Positions 1 to 8,621 of a stretch of DNA of 64,000 bases are shown piece by piece; position 1 is the first letter of the stretch, and each line of letters begins with the position of its first letter. This DNA comes from a virus. Taxonomy: Duplodnaviria; Heunggongvirae; Uroviricota; Caudoviricetes. The notes below the pieces were generated by a model. The model did not search any database. It saw only the letters and a list, made by a program, of their open reading frames with translations, and was not told where the DNA came from. The stretch spans positions 303,223-367,222 of the IMG/VR virus record IMGVR_UViG_3300000976_000008, one strand, 5' to 3'. The translations under genes were made by a program, and so were the position numbers.

Positions 1-379
1 TATCTTCTGGGCCTTTCACCAAGTAAGCAGGTGCGGATTTGAAGAGAAGTCCGACGATCTGGACAAGTTCATCCGTTCGATGGATCATCTGCGAAGGAAG
101 TGAACACGGTTTCGTCGTGATGTTCTTATAAGCCGTAGCAAGCCGAGTCAAGACAGAGACTGCTGGGTCTTCCATCGGAATGAGAGTGAAGACAGCACCG
201 CCTGCGATTTGATCAAAGTTCATTCGATCTTGGTTGATGAACTTCGGATCACCGAGCATTGACTCGTCTTCAAGTTCGATGACCGCAATTGAATCGCCAA
301 CGTTTACATGGTATAGTTGGAATCGTTGACGGATCACTTCTGGAGCTTCGGGTTCGGTGGCATCTACAGTCTGCATCAT
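1..379 (-). CDS. hypothetical protein, partial (runs off window start)
   Basis: Manual translation: ATG at 379 overlaps the TGA of 376..1059 (ATGA). Frame MMQTVDATEPEAPEVIRQRFQLYHVNVGD... stays open to position 1. Not in the ORF track. Confidence 0.6.
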   Translation of the reverse strand, partial: MMQTVDATEPEAPEVIRQRFQLYHVNVGDSIAVIELEDESMLGDPKFINQDRMNFDQIAGGAVFTLIPMEDPAVSVLTRLATAYKNITTKPCSLPSQMIHRTDELVQIVGLLFKSAPAYLVKGPED

Positions 380-1059
380 TGACTCGCTTTCATTAGTTTT
401 CTTTGCCATTGCCTTTTTAGCCGTGGCTGGTTCTTTTCCCATTGTTCTTTTGCAAACTCAATTAGGTTCGTTTCATCTGCATCTTCTTTCAAGTAAACAG
501 AATGTCGCTGCACAAATATCCTCCTACGAACCGTGGAGATTATCTTGTCAACGAAATATTCAGCAAGCTGAATACAATCGGGTAATTCGTATAAGAAGTC
601 AACAGTATCAAGTCGAATCACAGGCATGGCGTGGACATTCGATGATAACGTTGCTTTGGCCTTAGCACCACGTTTCCGATGCTTATCCAAAGGAATATTA
701 TGTCGGATTGGTGGAGTATATTGTTCAAGTGGCATAGCACACTTGATCGTTAAACGATCATTGCGAATCAACAAGTACAAAAATGGAATATTCCCAATAC
801 CAGCAACCATCCCAGGATTGTGATTGTCTGCGTCGAAAGAGTTAATACGAAGATTGCTGATAGTGGTGATTAAACCTCTATGTCGTTTCTCAAAGCGACC
901 TTCAAAATGGTTCGCCAACGCTACGACTAGATCAGAATCTCTATCGTGTTGTTCGTATCCGTACTTTTTCATCACTTCATGAAGAAGGCACGTGGATTCG
1001 GAAGTTCGCCATTGACACCAATTCGTTTTCTCTTCATTTCCAATTCGGCGTCTCGCCAT
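376..1059 (-). CDS. hypothetical protein
   Basis: 227-aa ORF in a run of overlapping minus-strand genes; no recognised motif. Confidence 0.65.
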   Translation of the reverse strand: MARRRIGNEEKTNWCQWRTSESTCLLHEVMKKYGYEQHDRDSDLVVALANHFEGRFEKRHRGLITTISNLRINSFDADNHNPGMVAGIGNIPFLYLLIRNDRLTIKCAMPLEQYTPPIRHNIPLDKHRKRGAKAKATLSSNVHAMPVIRLDTVDFLYELPDCIQLAEYFVDKIISTVRRRIFVQRHSVYLKEDADETNLIEFAKEQWEKNQPRLKRQWQRKLMKASQ

Positions 1060-1334
1060 TGAGCGATGGAGTGCTGAATATTTGGAAGAGTCTCGCAGAC
1101 GTTCGTGAGTCGTTTGATACTAAGAGGAACAATCAGACCCATTTGTTGGGTCATGTGTGTGGCGAGATCTTCGATCGCCTGTTTCTTGGCTTCGTCAGAC
1201 ATACACAACCAAACAGGGGAACCATCTTGATGCACCATCAAGTAATCAACGGCTACTCTGTTAATTGGGGTGAATTCGAGAAGTTCCTCTGACGTAAAAG
1301 TGACATCTTCAAATTGGGTTTCGGTGTCGCTCAT
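972..1334 (-). CDS. hypothetical protein
   Basis: ORF 972..1382; likely start is MSDTETQ at 1334, which overlaps the upstream stop and follows GAGGG. Confidence 0.6.
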   Translation of the reverse strand: MSDTETQFEDVTFTSEELLEFTPINRVAVDYLMVHQDGSPVWLCMSDEAKKQAIEDLATHMTQQMGLIVPLSIKRLTNVCETLPNIQHSIAQWRDAELEMKRKRIGVNGELPNPRAFFMK

Positions 1335-1612
1335 TTTCCCTCTTCCACGATCTCTTGTAGGATTCGGCTCTTGCCCTTCCAAGCTCCGATTTTGATTGAT
1401 TTACAGCGATTATCGTGCACTGCGACGATATCGACCAAGGGCACTGTATCAACTCTCGAATGGTGACCTTGCAACCATACGACACCGGCTTTCTGGTTCT
1501 TCTTGTCGTAGGTTACAACGTTCCCAAATTCGTATTCCCATTTCAAACTCGTTCTAGCCAAATGCCTAGCCGTGCGTTGTTTGAAGATGACTTTGTGACC
1601 TTTTCTGATCAT
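1331..1612 (-). CDS. hypothetical protein
   Basis: 93 aa, with ATGA-type overlaps to both neighbours. Confidence 0.65.
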   Translation of the reverse strand: MIRKGHKVIFKQRTARHLARTSLKWEYEFGNVVTYDKKNQKAGVVWLQGHHSRVDTVPLVDIVAVHDNRCKSIKIGAWKGKSRILQEIVEEGK

Positions 1613-2160
1613 CGTTTCTTCTTTTTCTTAGGTTTCTTTTTCGCCTTCGGCTTCTTTTTAGGCTTGGCCTTCTGAGTTTTGGCCCTCAATTTCGTTCGTT
1701 CTTTTTCCAATCGAACGATTTTGGCCTTCAATTCAGATGTTGATGTAACTTCTTCAACGTCTTCAATGATCACCAATTTCGCAGAACCATGGCGAACTGG
1801 TTCTCCATAGATAACATCGCTATTCTTGAAGACAACATCCACATGTTCGCAAATGTAGAGGTAATCTTTCTCGGTGTGCTGAACGACAACAGCGTCAACA
1901 GGAACGCAGTTGGCAATTCCCCAACATCGCTGCCACCATGGAGATCCAGGTGCAACGCCCTTGTTGGCCATCACCAAATCATCACCATCTGCCGCAACAA
2001 TCAAAAAATCGCAGTGGGCACGACAACGTAGAAAAGTGTTCAGATGGAAGAAGTGCTGCAGATCCCAGCAGCCAGAAGTGAATCCGACAACAATGTCGGG
2101 ATTCGAAGCTTTTAGTTGTGCAACCAGCTTTTCAACTTCTTTGAGTCGTGTAAGAATCAT
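1609..2160 (-). CDS. cytidylyltransferase-like nucleotidyltransferase (RfaE-II/TagD family)
   Basis: GFTSGCWDLQHFFH resembles FTNGCFDILHxGH; CDFLIVA..D...KG; C-terminal STSELKAKI resembles STT.I..I; Lys-rich tail. Confidence 0.75.
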   Translation of the reverse strand: MILTRLKEVEKLVAQLKASNPDIVVGFTSGCWDLQHFFHLNTFLRCRAHCDFLIVAADGDDLVMANKGVAPGSPWWQRCWGIANCVPVDAVVVQHTEKDYLYICEHVDVVFKNSDVIYGEPVRHGSAKLVIIEDVEEVTSTSELKAKIVRLEKERTKLRAKTQKAKPKKKPKAKKKPKKKKKR

Positions 2161-2579
2161 TCTTCGACTTTCTTGCAGTTCATTTCGTTGACGTCAACCA
2201 GCTTGGCCCAAAAACGGGCACCTTTCAGCTTTTGGACTTTTTCCGGGAGTCGGACACCGTTATCAAAATCGGTTCTACTAAGAACCTTCTTCGCCGCTCG
2301 CTTACCATCCTTCGGTGCCGAGACAATTGTGAATGTGATGCTGTCCCACTCGCTTTTTCCTTGGCGGATGTAGATCCTAGCCACTTTCAGGATCGTTCCC
2401 TTCTCCAAGAAACAAAGGGCCGATTGACTCTGTACCTCAGGACTCCACCAGGAGCCAGGTTGGAAATTCGGTTTGAGACGTTGAATGAGTTTACTGTTTC
2501 GATTCTCAAAGTAAACCGGAAACTCCCAACCCCTAGTAAGTTCAATGGAATCGCCAATTGACGGGATGAACATCTTCAT
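2157..2579 (-). CDS. hypothetical phage protein
   Basis: 140 aa, translationally coupled. MKMFIPSIGD..L...W.F and L.V.RIYIR.G resemble large-phage hypotheticals (from memory). Confidence 0.7.
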   Translation of the reverse strand: MKMFIPSIGDSIELTRGWEFPVYFENRNSKLIQRLKPNFQPGSWWSPEVQSQSALCFLEKGTILKVARIYIRQGKSEWDSITFTIVSAPKDGKRAAKKVLSRTDFDNGVRLPEKVQKLKGARFWAKLVDVNEMNCKKVEE

Positions 2580-3043
2580 AATGCACTCACAAATTTTTCG
2601 ATTGCTTCGGTCAATTTACCAAAAGAATAATCGTTCAGGATGAAAGGGGAATTTGCTAAATCTCTGGAAGCGACATAGAAACTTTCGCCATCAGTCAAAA
2701 TCGCGTCAGAATCTATCTTGCCACTCTTGATTCTCCAAGGATATACGACTTTGATGTAGAACCAGCAGTCGACATCTGGGACCACGATATTATCTGACAT
2801 TACCTCACATTCGATGAATTTGCGAGATATAGCGGCTGTTTTCACAGCCAAGGAGACGAGTTTGACATCTATCGGATCATCGCGAGGATCATTATCATTG
2901 CTGTCAGGACCAAGTAATCCACCCCATTGCTCGTGTTCCCAGATTTTTACTCTTGTTTTTGAAAGAGGTTTAATGTCACGAGCACCACCGGGTACCCGTT
3001 TGACAGCTTTCTTTTTGACGGTAATTATCTTATTGACTGCCAT
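2576..3043 (-). CDS. hypothetical protein
   Basis: 155 aa, AAAGG upstream, coupled to the next gene. Confidence 0.65.
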   Translation of the reverse strand: MAVNKIITVKKKAVKRVPGGARDIKPLSKTRVKIWEHEQWGGLLGPDSNDNDPRDDPIDVKLVSLAVKTAAISRKFIECEVMSDNIVVPDVDCWFYIKVVYPWRIKSGKIDSDAILTDGESFYVASRDLANSPFILNDYSFGKLTEAIEKFVSAL

Positions 3044-3133
3044 GATTGCCTTTTACAACCTTTTTATTGGCTGTTAAATCAAGATAGATTATTCTTCTAT
3101 CAAATATAAAATCAAACCACGAAGGGGAATCCG

Positions 3134-3382
3134 ATGGCATCTGTTCACATTGTGAATATTCAATTGACGAATGTAGCACCAAACGGTGATATAGTGAACA
3201 AAAATACAGCGTCAGTTGGTCAAATGCTCCATACAAGTACCGAGCATCGAATTGTAGAAGATTCAGCAATTCCAAACACCGCAGGAAATCCAACAATCAA
3301 GGAATTCCTAGAATTGGAAGCTGGGGACGACTTCATTCTGAATCATATTGACCAGACGAAGATTATCACCTACGGACCATAG
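3134..3382 (+). CDS. hypothetical protein
   Basis: 82 aa, GAAGGGG upstream, followed by a hairpin. Confidence 0.6.
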   Translation: MASVHIVNIQLTNVAPNGDIVNKNTASVGQMLHTSTEHRIVEDSAIPNTAGNPTIKEFLELEAGDDFILNHIDQTKIITYGP

Positions 3383-3392
3383 TATACAGGCA

Positions 3393-3414
3393 GAGCCAGA
3401 CTTTCATCTGGCTC
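3393..3414. terminator. hairpin between convergent genes (possible terminator)
   Basis: GAGCCAGA-ctttca-TCTGGCTC, perfect 8-bp stem; no strong U tract. Confidence 0.4.
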
Positions 3415-3466
3415 CACCAACTCCCTATCTCGACCTGTCAAATACATCTAAACAGGCTTGATATTC

Positions 3467-3940
3467 CTAGTATTCGTCGATGTACCCACCTTCGACTAAT
3501 TCATGGTCTTGAATCGCTTCTTCAACCTCTTCGTAAGTTGCCATAATCTTTTGGGCAATCTTTTTAAGAAGAGGTTTTGGAACTTCTCCAGTTGTGAAAC
3601 CAGTCTTTCGACTCCAACTGACGAGTAATTCCTCATTATCATAGATCTCAAAATCCATAATAGTAGGATCATTGATAATCACGCTGAATTCTTCTGGTTC
3701 AGCAGGACTCATCCGAGTAGCTGGAGAGCCAGCACCCATACTACTAATCTCTGGTACATATCCAATTGTTGCAGATCCCCAAAGCATCTGGCCATTGATA
3801 TCGAATTGGATTTCTTCGAGAGTCCAGCAGCCAGGCCCACAACTATAACCAGGGCTTAGATTAGTCTTTTTCTCTGCCACTTGGTCAATTTCTTCAGCGA
3901 TTATTGAAGCTAATTTGTAGATATGGTTGTCTTCATTCAT
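3467..3940 (-). CDS. acidic hypothetical protein
   Basis: 157 aa, AAGGAG RBS. Confidence 0.7.
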   Translation of the reverse strand: MNEDNHIYKLASIIAEEIDQVAEKKTNLSPGYSCGPGCWTLEEIQFDINGQMLWGSATIGYVPEISSMGAGSPATRMSPAEPEEFSVIINDPTIMDFEIYDNEELLVSWSRKTGFTTGEVPKPLLKKIAQKIMATYEEVEEAIQDHELVEGGYIDEY

Positions 3941-4028
3941 GATAATTTCTCCTTGGATATATTTGCTAGAAAATATACTGCATCAGGGGACTGCAGAAAT
4001 ACCCATGATGAAGAACTGGTTCGTCCAA

Positions 4029-4826
4029 CTACTTTTTAAATGATTGAATCTGATTTTTCGGAGGTATGGCAAGGGGTCTCAGATTGAGACCCCCTAACCG
4101 CTGAATAGATAGATCACAACCAATGTCTGTGCCATAGCAGGACTTATCTTCTTCCACTGATTGTGACCGGCCATTAGGTGGTCCACGACATTTGATATGC
4201 GGCACCGACCAATCTTGCATTTCTCTCGCCACAAAACGCGAGACTGGTGCAATGTTTCCATACGCGAAAACAGGGCCTTTGTTGAATTCGAGGTCTAAAT
4301 CAAGACCATAAATGATGTCTTCAATGCAATAACCTGCAATAAGCCAATCTAAGGCTTTTGCAAGTTTGTCGAAAAGCTCTGGATCGTCATACCGAAGAAT
4401 ATAGCCCTCAAGAGAAACAGTGATATCATCGAAAGATAACATCACCTTTCTCTTTATATCAGGTCTTCCGTGACTTTTTGGAACGGAGACATCGGGGCAT
4501 TTGTATCGGAGAAGGATCTGTGTCTCATTGGGACCGTAATCCGCAATTCTTGGCCATGACATTAAAGAAGCATGACTATATTTAGCTTCTCGCTTCCTAC
4601 CTTTCTCAGTTATTACCTGAGGGTATGTCTCATTTATCCAGGTTCTTATAGCACCAAGAAATTCGATAGGAACTATTTCTTTTTGATAAGACTGAACTTG
4701 GTTGGAGAAGTTGGAGATTGTTTTGGCTGTAGATCGAAAACTGGCAGCGATTTGGTTGATACTTTTGGTGGCTGCTTCAATGCTGGGGGAAGCGATGTAC
4801 CAAGTTTTTGAGGATTTTTTAGCCAT
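4029..4826 (-). CDS. hypothetical protein
   Basis: 265-aa ORF whose 5' part overlaps the CAP gene; start uncertain. Confidence 0.6.
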   Translation of the reverse strand: MAKKSSKTWYIASPSIEAATKSINQIAASFRSTAKTISNFSNQVQSYQKEIVPIEFLGAIRTWINETYPQVITEKGRKREAKYSHASLMSWPRIADYGPNETQILLRYKCPDVSVPKSHGRPDIKRKVMLSFDDITVSLEGYILRYDDPELFDKLAKALDWLIAGYCIEDIIYGLDLDLEFNKGPVFAYGNIAPVSRFVAREMQDWSVPHIKCRGPPNGRSQSVEEDKSCYGTDIGCDLSIQRLGGLNLRPLAIPPKNQIQSFKK

Positions 4827-5263
4827 TTTCTAGGCTTTCCATATAAAGCCACCCAATACTGAGTACCATCTTTTGCGATGGCATACCCCATCCCTACATC
4901 CGTGTTTTCCTTTTCCGTCAAAGCCTTCCAGTGTTTGGGGCTATTCTGCCAAGCTTTAAAGACATCTGGTATCGTCTTATACGCTCTACCAATATTCTCA
5001 ATCACTATTCCATCATACTTATATTTCGCAGCCCTCTTGCCGGGTGAAGTATTCGCATAATGTGAGAAATTATGTGTCTTGGCCATGAAAACTGCATGAT
5101 TTTGTGCAGCTTTGGTCAGTTTCGGAGAGAGACTCTGAACCGGAAGTTTCGACTGCTTCCTCAATTCGTTATTCGCTTTAAGCATTTTGATGAGTGTGGG
5201 ATGCTCATGCAACGGTTTCGTTTGGAAACTAGTAGCTGCTAAGATTAGGAGGAGACTTTTCAT
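4673..5263 (-). CDS. CAP/SCP domain exported protein
   Basis: Hydrophobic N-terminus; NELR...L.....L..AAQNHA..M, FSH, ENIG, W.NSPKH, VGMG.A and YWV motifs. Confidence 0.88.
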   Translation of the reverse strand: MKSLLLILAATSFQTKPLHEHPTLIKMLKANNELRKQSKLPVQSLSPKLTKAAQNHAVFMAKTHNFSHYANTSPGKRAAKYKYDGIVIENIGRAYKTIPDVFKAWQNSPKHWKALTEKENTDVGMGYAIAKDGTQYWVALYGKPRKWLKNPQKLGTSLPPALKQPPKVSTKSLPVFDLQPKQSPTSPTKFSLIKKK

Positions 5264-5514
5264 TCGTCATCATCTTCTTCTGTTTTTGTTGCTATAACTG
5301 CTGTTATATACAGAGCCAATTTTGATTGGTCTGGGAAAGAGTGCCAAACAGCAATTAATTCTTCATCTATTGCACTTTTCCACCCAGTTCTATCCTGGAA
5401 GTTTGGCTCGTGCATTAGGTTTATTATCTCGACTGAAAATGCTCTATCATATTGCCGACCAGTAACATCAGCAGCTCTAGAGATCAGTCGTTTTTTGACA
5501 AGTGCTTGATCCAT
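5260..5514 (-). CDS. hypothetical protein
   Basis: 84 aa, coupled to the CAP gene. Confidence 0.6.
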   Translation of the reverse strand: MDQALVKKRLISRAADVTGRQYDRAFSVEIINLMHEPNFQDRTGWKSAIDEELIAVWHSFPDQSKLALYITAVIATKTEEDDDE

Positions 5515-5521
5515 GCCCTAT

Positions 5522-5824
5522 CTACTTAGGTCGTTTACTCTTGCTACTACGACGATGTAGTTCTTCAATGGGCAACAAAGATTCTTCTTCAACACCACGT
5601 TTGTGATTGCAAAGACGGCAAGCCAGAACAACTCTTCTGCCAGAAGATTTTCCTCTTTGGTTAGAGAGTCTGCTATCTAAATGCTCAAGAGTAGCTTCAT
5701 CATCGAAGAATTCTTTTCTATTGCCAGTTTTTTCTACTAAAATCATCTGACAATCACACCAATAGCATTTCCCGTCTTGAGATGCAAATAATCTTTTGCG
5801 TTTTTTCTGGTTCCTACTACCCAC
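5522..5824 (-). CDS. HNH endonuclease
   Basis: CYWC ... ATLEHL ... ACRLCNHKRG: zinc-finger HNH pattern. Confidence 0.85.
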   Translation of the reverse strand: MGSRNQKKRKRLFASQDGKCYWCDCQMILVEKTGNRKEFFDDEATLEHLDSRLSNQRGKSSGRRVVLACRLCNHKRGVEEESLLPIEELHRRSSKSKRPK

Positions 5825-6079
5825 TTAACGCCTCTGTCTTGGGTCTTCTTCCTCCTGTTGCTGTTGTTGGTAGAAAACTCTCTTCTTATGAGTTCGCAGT
5901 TCTCTGCTTTTGGCTGGATTCTGGAGAGCCTTGCCGAAAGCGACTATCTCACGTTCAACGCCACCATCAATGTCCTCAATGAAGTCAGAAATGAGCTTAC
6001 CCATCTCAGCATTCATCTGAACAGTGAAAACACCTTGAAAAGGCTCTACAACGTTAAACTTCGGTACCTTTGGTTGCAT
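5825..6079 (-). CDS. hypothetical protein
   Basis: 84 aa, abuts the HNH gene. Confidence 0.6.
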   Translation of the reverse strand: MQPKVPKFNVVEPFQGVFTVQMNAEMGKLISDFIEDIDGGVEREIVAFGKALQNPAKSRELRTHKKRVFYQQQQQEEEDPRQRR

Positions 6080-6170
6080 TTCAATCCCTATATGGGGCAG
6101 CTACTAGTAAATAAAAGAGTCATGGACTCAAACAGTGATTCGTAGACCAAAAATCGCATTGGTCGAATAT

Positions 6171-6227
6171 TGAGATCTATAATTTATGAGATCTATTTAG
6201 ACGTGAACTTATCCTGCTGAGTTCTAT
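6171..6227. repeat. three direct copies of TGAG(A/T)TCTAT in a divergent intergenic region
   Basis: TGAGATCTAT at 6171 and 6187; TGAGTTCTAT at 6218. Confidence 0.55.
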
Positions 6228-6316
6228 AGAAAATTTGACTGACCACAATGTGGCTCAAAAATTCCCAATTCTAAATACATACCTCATAAATCGAAAATAC
6301 CACTAGTGATTCTAAT

Positions 6317-6580
6317 GTGATTGAGAATACCATGACAAATGAATTCCTAGACGATCTCGCAAAACGAAGAGGACTTCGAAGCGGTGGTAACAACAATACA
6401 GCATGGTTTCTAGAACTTGACGGAGCAACTGTGATTGAACCAACAGCCTTCGAACCAGACGCAACAACACATCGTGGTGAATATTACTACCATGCTATTG
6501 AAAACGTCTTATACAAAAAAGTAATCACCAGAAAAGAGCCAGGAATCACAAACGCATACTGGAAACGAGTCAGCCAGTAA
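6317..6580 (+). CDS. hypothetical protein
   Basis: 87-aa ORF (start may be the ATG at 6332); first gene of a plus-strand trio. Confidence 0.6.
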   Translation: MIENTMTNEFLDDLAKRRGLRSGGNNNTAWFLELDGATVIEPTAFEPDATTHRGEYYYHAIENVLYKKVITRKEPGITNAYWKRVSQ

Positions 6581-6591
6581 CAGGAATAATT

Positions 6592-7008
6592 ATGGCAGTC
6601 AAAATTTCAACCCAAGCAAGAAACGATGCTGGTAATTCTATCATCAGTCTCATAGATATAGGCACACTCAATCCAAATGGCGTACTGGAAATAAGATCCG
6701 GCCCAACCCCCGCCACACCAGAAACAGCAGCAACTGGAACTCTTCTAGCAACTCTAGAATTATCAAATCCAGCATTCAGCAGTTTCAACAATGGCCGAAC
6801 TTCCGCAAACACAATTGTAGATGACATGGACTTACAGGCAACCGGAATTGCCGGATGGTTTAGAATCTACGATCGCGATAACAACGGAATCATAGACGGA
6901 GAAATCAGTGAAACAGGCGGTGGAGGAGATATCGAGTTCGATAATATCGACTTCATCAAAGGTGGAACCGTCTCAATAACAAACCTACAAGCAATAATAC
7001 CCCAATGA
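6592..7008 (+). CDS. putative virion structural protein
   Basis: S...RN......G.LEI.SG..P.......GTLLA.L...AF...A.G.AGWFRI resembles a widespread small phage virion-protein family (from memory); AGGA RBS. Confidence 0.6.
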   Translation: MAVKISTQARNDAGNSIISLIDIGTLNPNGVLEIRSGPTPATPETAATGTLLATLELSNPAFSSFNNGRTSANTIVDDMDLQATGIAGWFRIYDRDNNGIIDGEISETGGGGDIEFDNIDFIKGGTVSITNLQAIIPQ

Positions 7009-7211
7009 TAAAAAGTTTCCCGAAAGTAACAGTAAAAGGATCTGGGAAAGTATCCGCCCCACCATCAAAAGTGCTGGACACATTATCAAAAGTGGGGGAT
7101 ATAGTCCATTACTTCAATGGCGGTCATAAGCTAATTGGAGAACTTATAGAATGGGATGGAAGTACGGCGATAATGCTCGTGAAAGGTGAAATAGTCTCAA
7201 GATTACCTTAG
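7005..7211 (+). CDS. hypothetical protein
   Basis: 68 aa, ATGA overlap with the upstream gene. Confidence 0.55.
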   Translation: MIKSFPKVTVKGSGKVSAPPSKVLDTLSKVGDIVHYFNGGHKLIGELIEWDGSTAIMLVKGEIVSRLP

Positions 7212-7290
7212 AGGCTCCCTTTTGGCTTCCCTTGAATTCTAGATGTTGTATGCAACACGAATGCCGTACCCAAAAAGAAGCCAAGAGAGA

Positions 7291-8055
7291 CTATTTCACG
7301 AGGCTGAATTTTTTCTTCTTTAGAGGTTTAGCCATATCATCTATCAGCTTCTTAGCATCTGGCTCAGAAGTAGGTTTTCCCGCCTTTGGTGGCGGTTTTT
7401 TGGTTACTTGGGGTGCTGGGGCCGTCAAGGACTTAATCATTGGTTCGATAAAACGAATATCGAATCCGTATAATTTATTGTGGTGATAATCTGTATATAA
7501 TCCCACAACTTGACCGTCTTTATTAAGTATAGGCCCACCCAAGTCACCATCATTTGGTTTAATAGGGCAAAAGAAGTTTCCATCGCCAACTTGTAATGTA
7601 ATAGCACCAAACTTCGGACCGTGACCAAAAAGCCAAACATTTCCTTCTGGCTTCTTTTGAGATATCACTAACGGTTCAGTTATTCGTTTACTGAATTGGA
7701 CCAATGCAAGATTATGTTTCGCGTCAGTGTAAATTACCTTGCCGGTCACTGGTTTCCCATCGACGATGGTTGTAGCTTTATCGTCTCTCACTAAGAGATT
7801 GGCCGTTAGAGCTATGTCGGGTCTAACCATTACGGCAGATCCAGTTAAGAACCAACCATTCTTAACCTCGAATTTGATCTTGATAATGCTTCGCCATGGC
7901 TTTGAATCCTTCTTTACTTCAGGTGATTGTTGAGCAACTGCTGATGTAGTTTGGATCGGATCTTGTGACTCAGCATCGGAACCACCTGTCAACACCGCAG
8001 ATATAGTTGTTAGGAGCACAATAGCAAACAAGGCTAAACCCTTCTTACTCGTCAT
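7291..8055 (-). CDS. exported trypsin-like (S1) protease homologue, catalytic triad substituted
   Basis: Signal peptide; GSAVMV, ALTANLLV (normally TAAHV), NLALV (normally DLAL), GDLGGPILNKDGQVVG (normally GDSGGP). Confidence 0.8.
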   Translation of the reverse strand: MTSKKGLALFAIVLLTTISAVLTGGSDAESQDPIQTTSAVAQQSPEVKKDSKPWRSIIKIKFEVKNGWFLTGSAVMVRPDIALTANLLVRDDKATTIVDGKPVTGKVIYTDAKHNLALVQFSKRITEPLVISQKKPEGNVWLFGHGPKFGAITLQVGDGNFFCPIKPNDGDLGGPILNKDGQVVGLYTDYHHNKLYGFDIRFIEPMIKSLTAPAPQVTKKPPPKAGKPTSEPDAKKLIDDMAKPLKKKKFSLVK

Positions 8056-8086
8056 AAAAATCCCCTGGTAGTTCTCCTCTCAAATA

Positions 8087-8128
8087 CACTGAAAGCCGTC
8101 AAGGGACTTCCCCCAACGGCTTTCAGTG
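8087..8128 (-). terminator. Rho-independent terminator-like hairpin after the cytochrome operon
   Basis: CACTGAAAGCCGT...ACGGCTTTCAGTG 13-bp stem with inner GGG/CCC pairing; TATTTG follows on the minus strand. Confidence 0.65.
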
Positions 8129-8148
8129 AAGCAGAGAATTTTCGAAGA

Positions 8149-8592
8149 CTACGGGGTCCTAATGAACACTCCTCGTGTCTCTACCGGCAAAGTGTCAAAA
8201 GTGTTGCGAAATTGGGATGATCCAAAAACCCCATTTTTCACAACAATCTGACTCGGACTAAACTGCCGACCAAACTGAGTTCCATATTGAGAAAAACCAG
8301 AATTACCAACAAGAACTGGCTGATTCAAAAAAGCAACATTCCTACCACCAGCGAAGAACGACGTGGATTGAGGAACTTGAACAGCTTGTTGTATGACTCC
8401 AGAAAGAAACGGTGGAGCGTACGATTGAATCTGTTGCACTTGTTGAAATTGCGGTACTTGCACCTGCACTTGTGGAACTTGTTGTACCTGCACCTGGGGT
8501 GCTTGAAACACTTGTTGTGGCTGAACAAAGCATTGATTACCAGCAAAAGCCGGAGCAGCCATAACAATAATAGTAGCAATTAGTGATCTCAT
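8149..8592 (-). CDS. exported Q/V-rich low-complexity protein
   Basis: Signal peptide MRSLIATIIVMAAPAFA; PQVQVQQVPQVQVQVPQ tract; AAGGAG upstream. Confidence 0.75.
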   Translation of the reverse strand: MRSLIATIIVMAAPAFAGNQCFVQPQQVFQAPQVQVQQVPQVQVQVPQFQQVQQIQSYAPPFLSGVIQQAVQVPQSTSFFAGGRNVAFLNQPVLVGNSGFSQYGTQFGRQFSPSQIVVKNGVFGSSQFRNTFDTLPVETRGVFIRTP

Positions 8593-8621
8593 AGTTCTTT
8601 TGGCGATTCGCCAACTCCTTT

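Noticed and set aside
5522-5824. HNH as an intron-encoded or mobile homing element
   Set aside because: No interrupted host gene or intron features are visible; treated as a free-standing gene.
7212-7290. Possible tRNA or ncRNA between convergent genes
   Set aside because: Only an imperfect TTGGCTTC/GAAGCCAA pairing; no cloverleaf or T-loop consensus.
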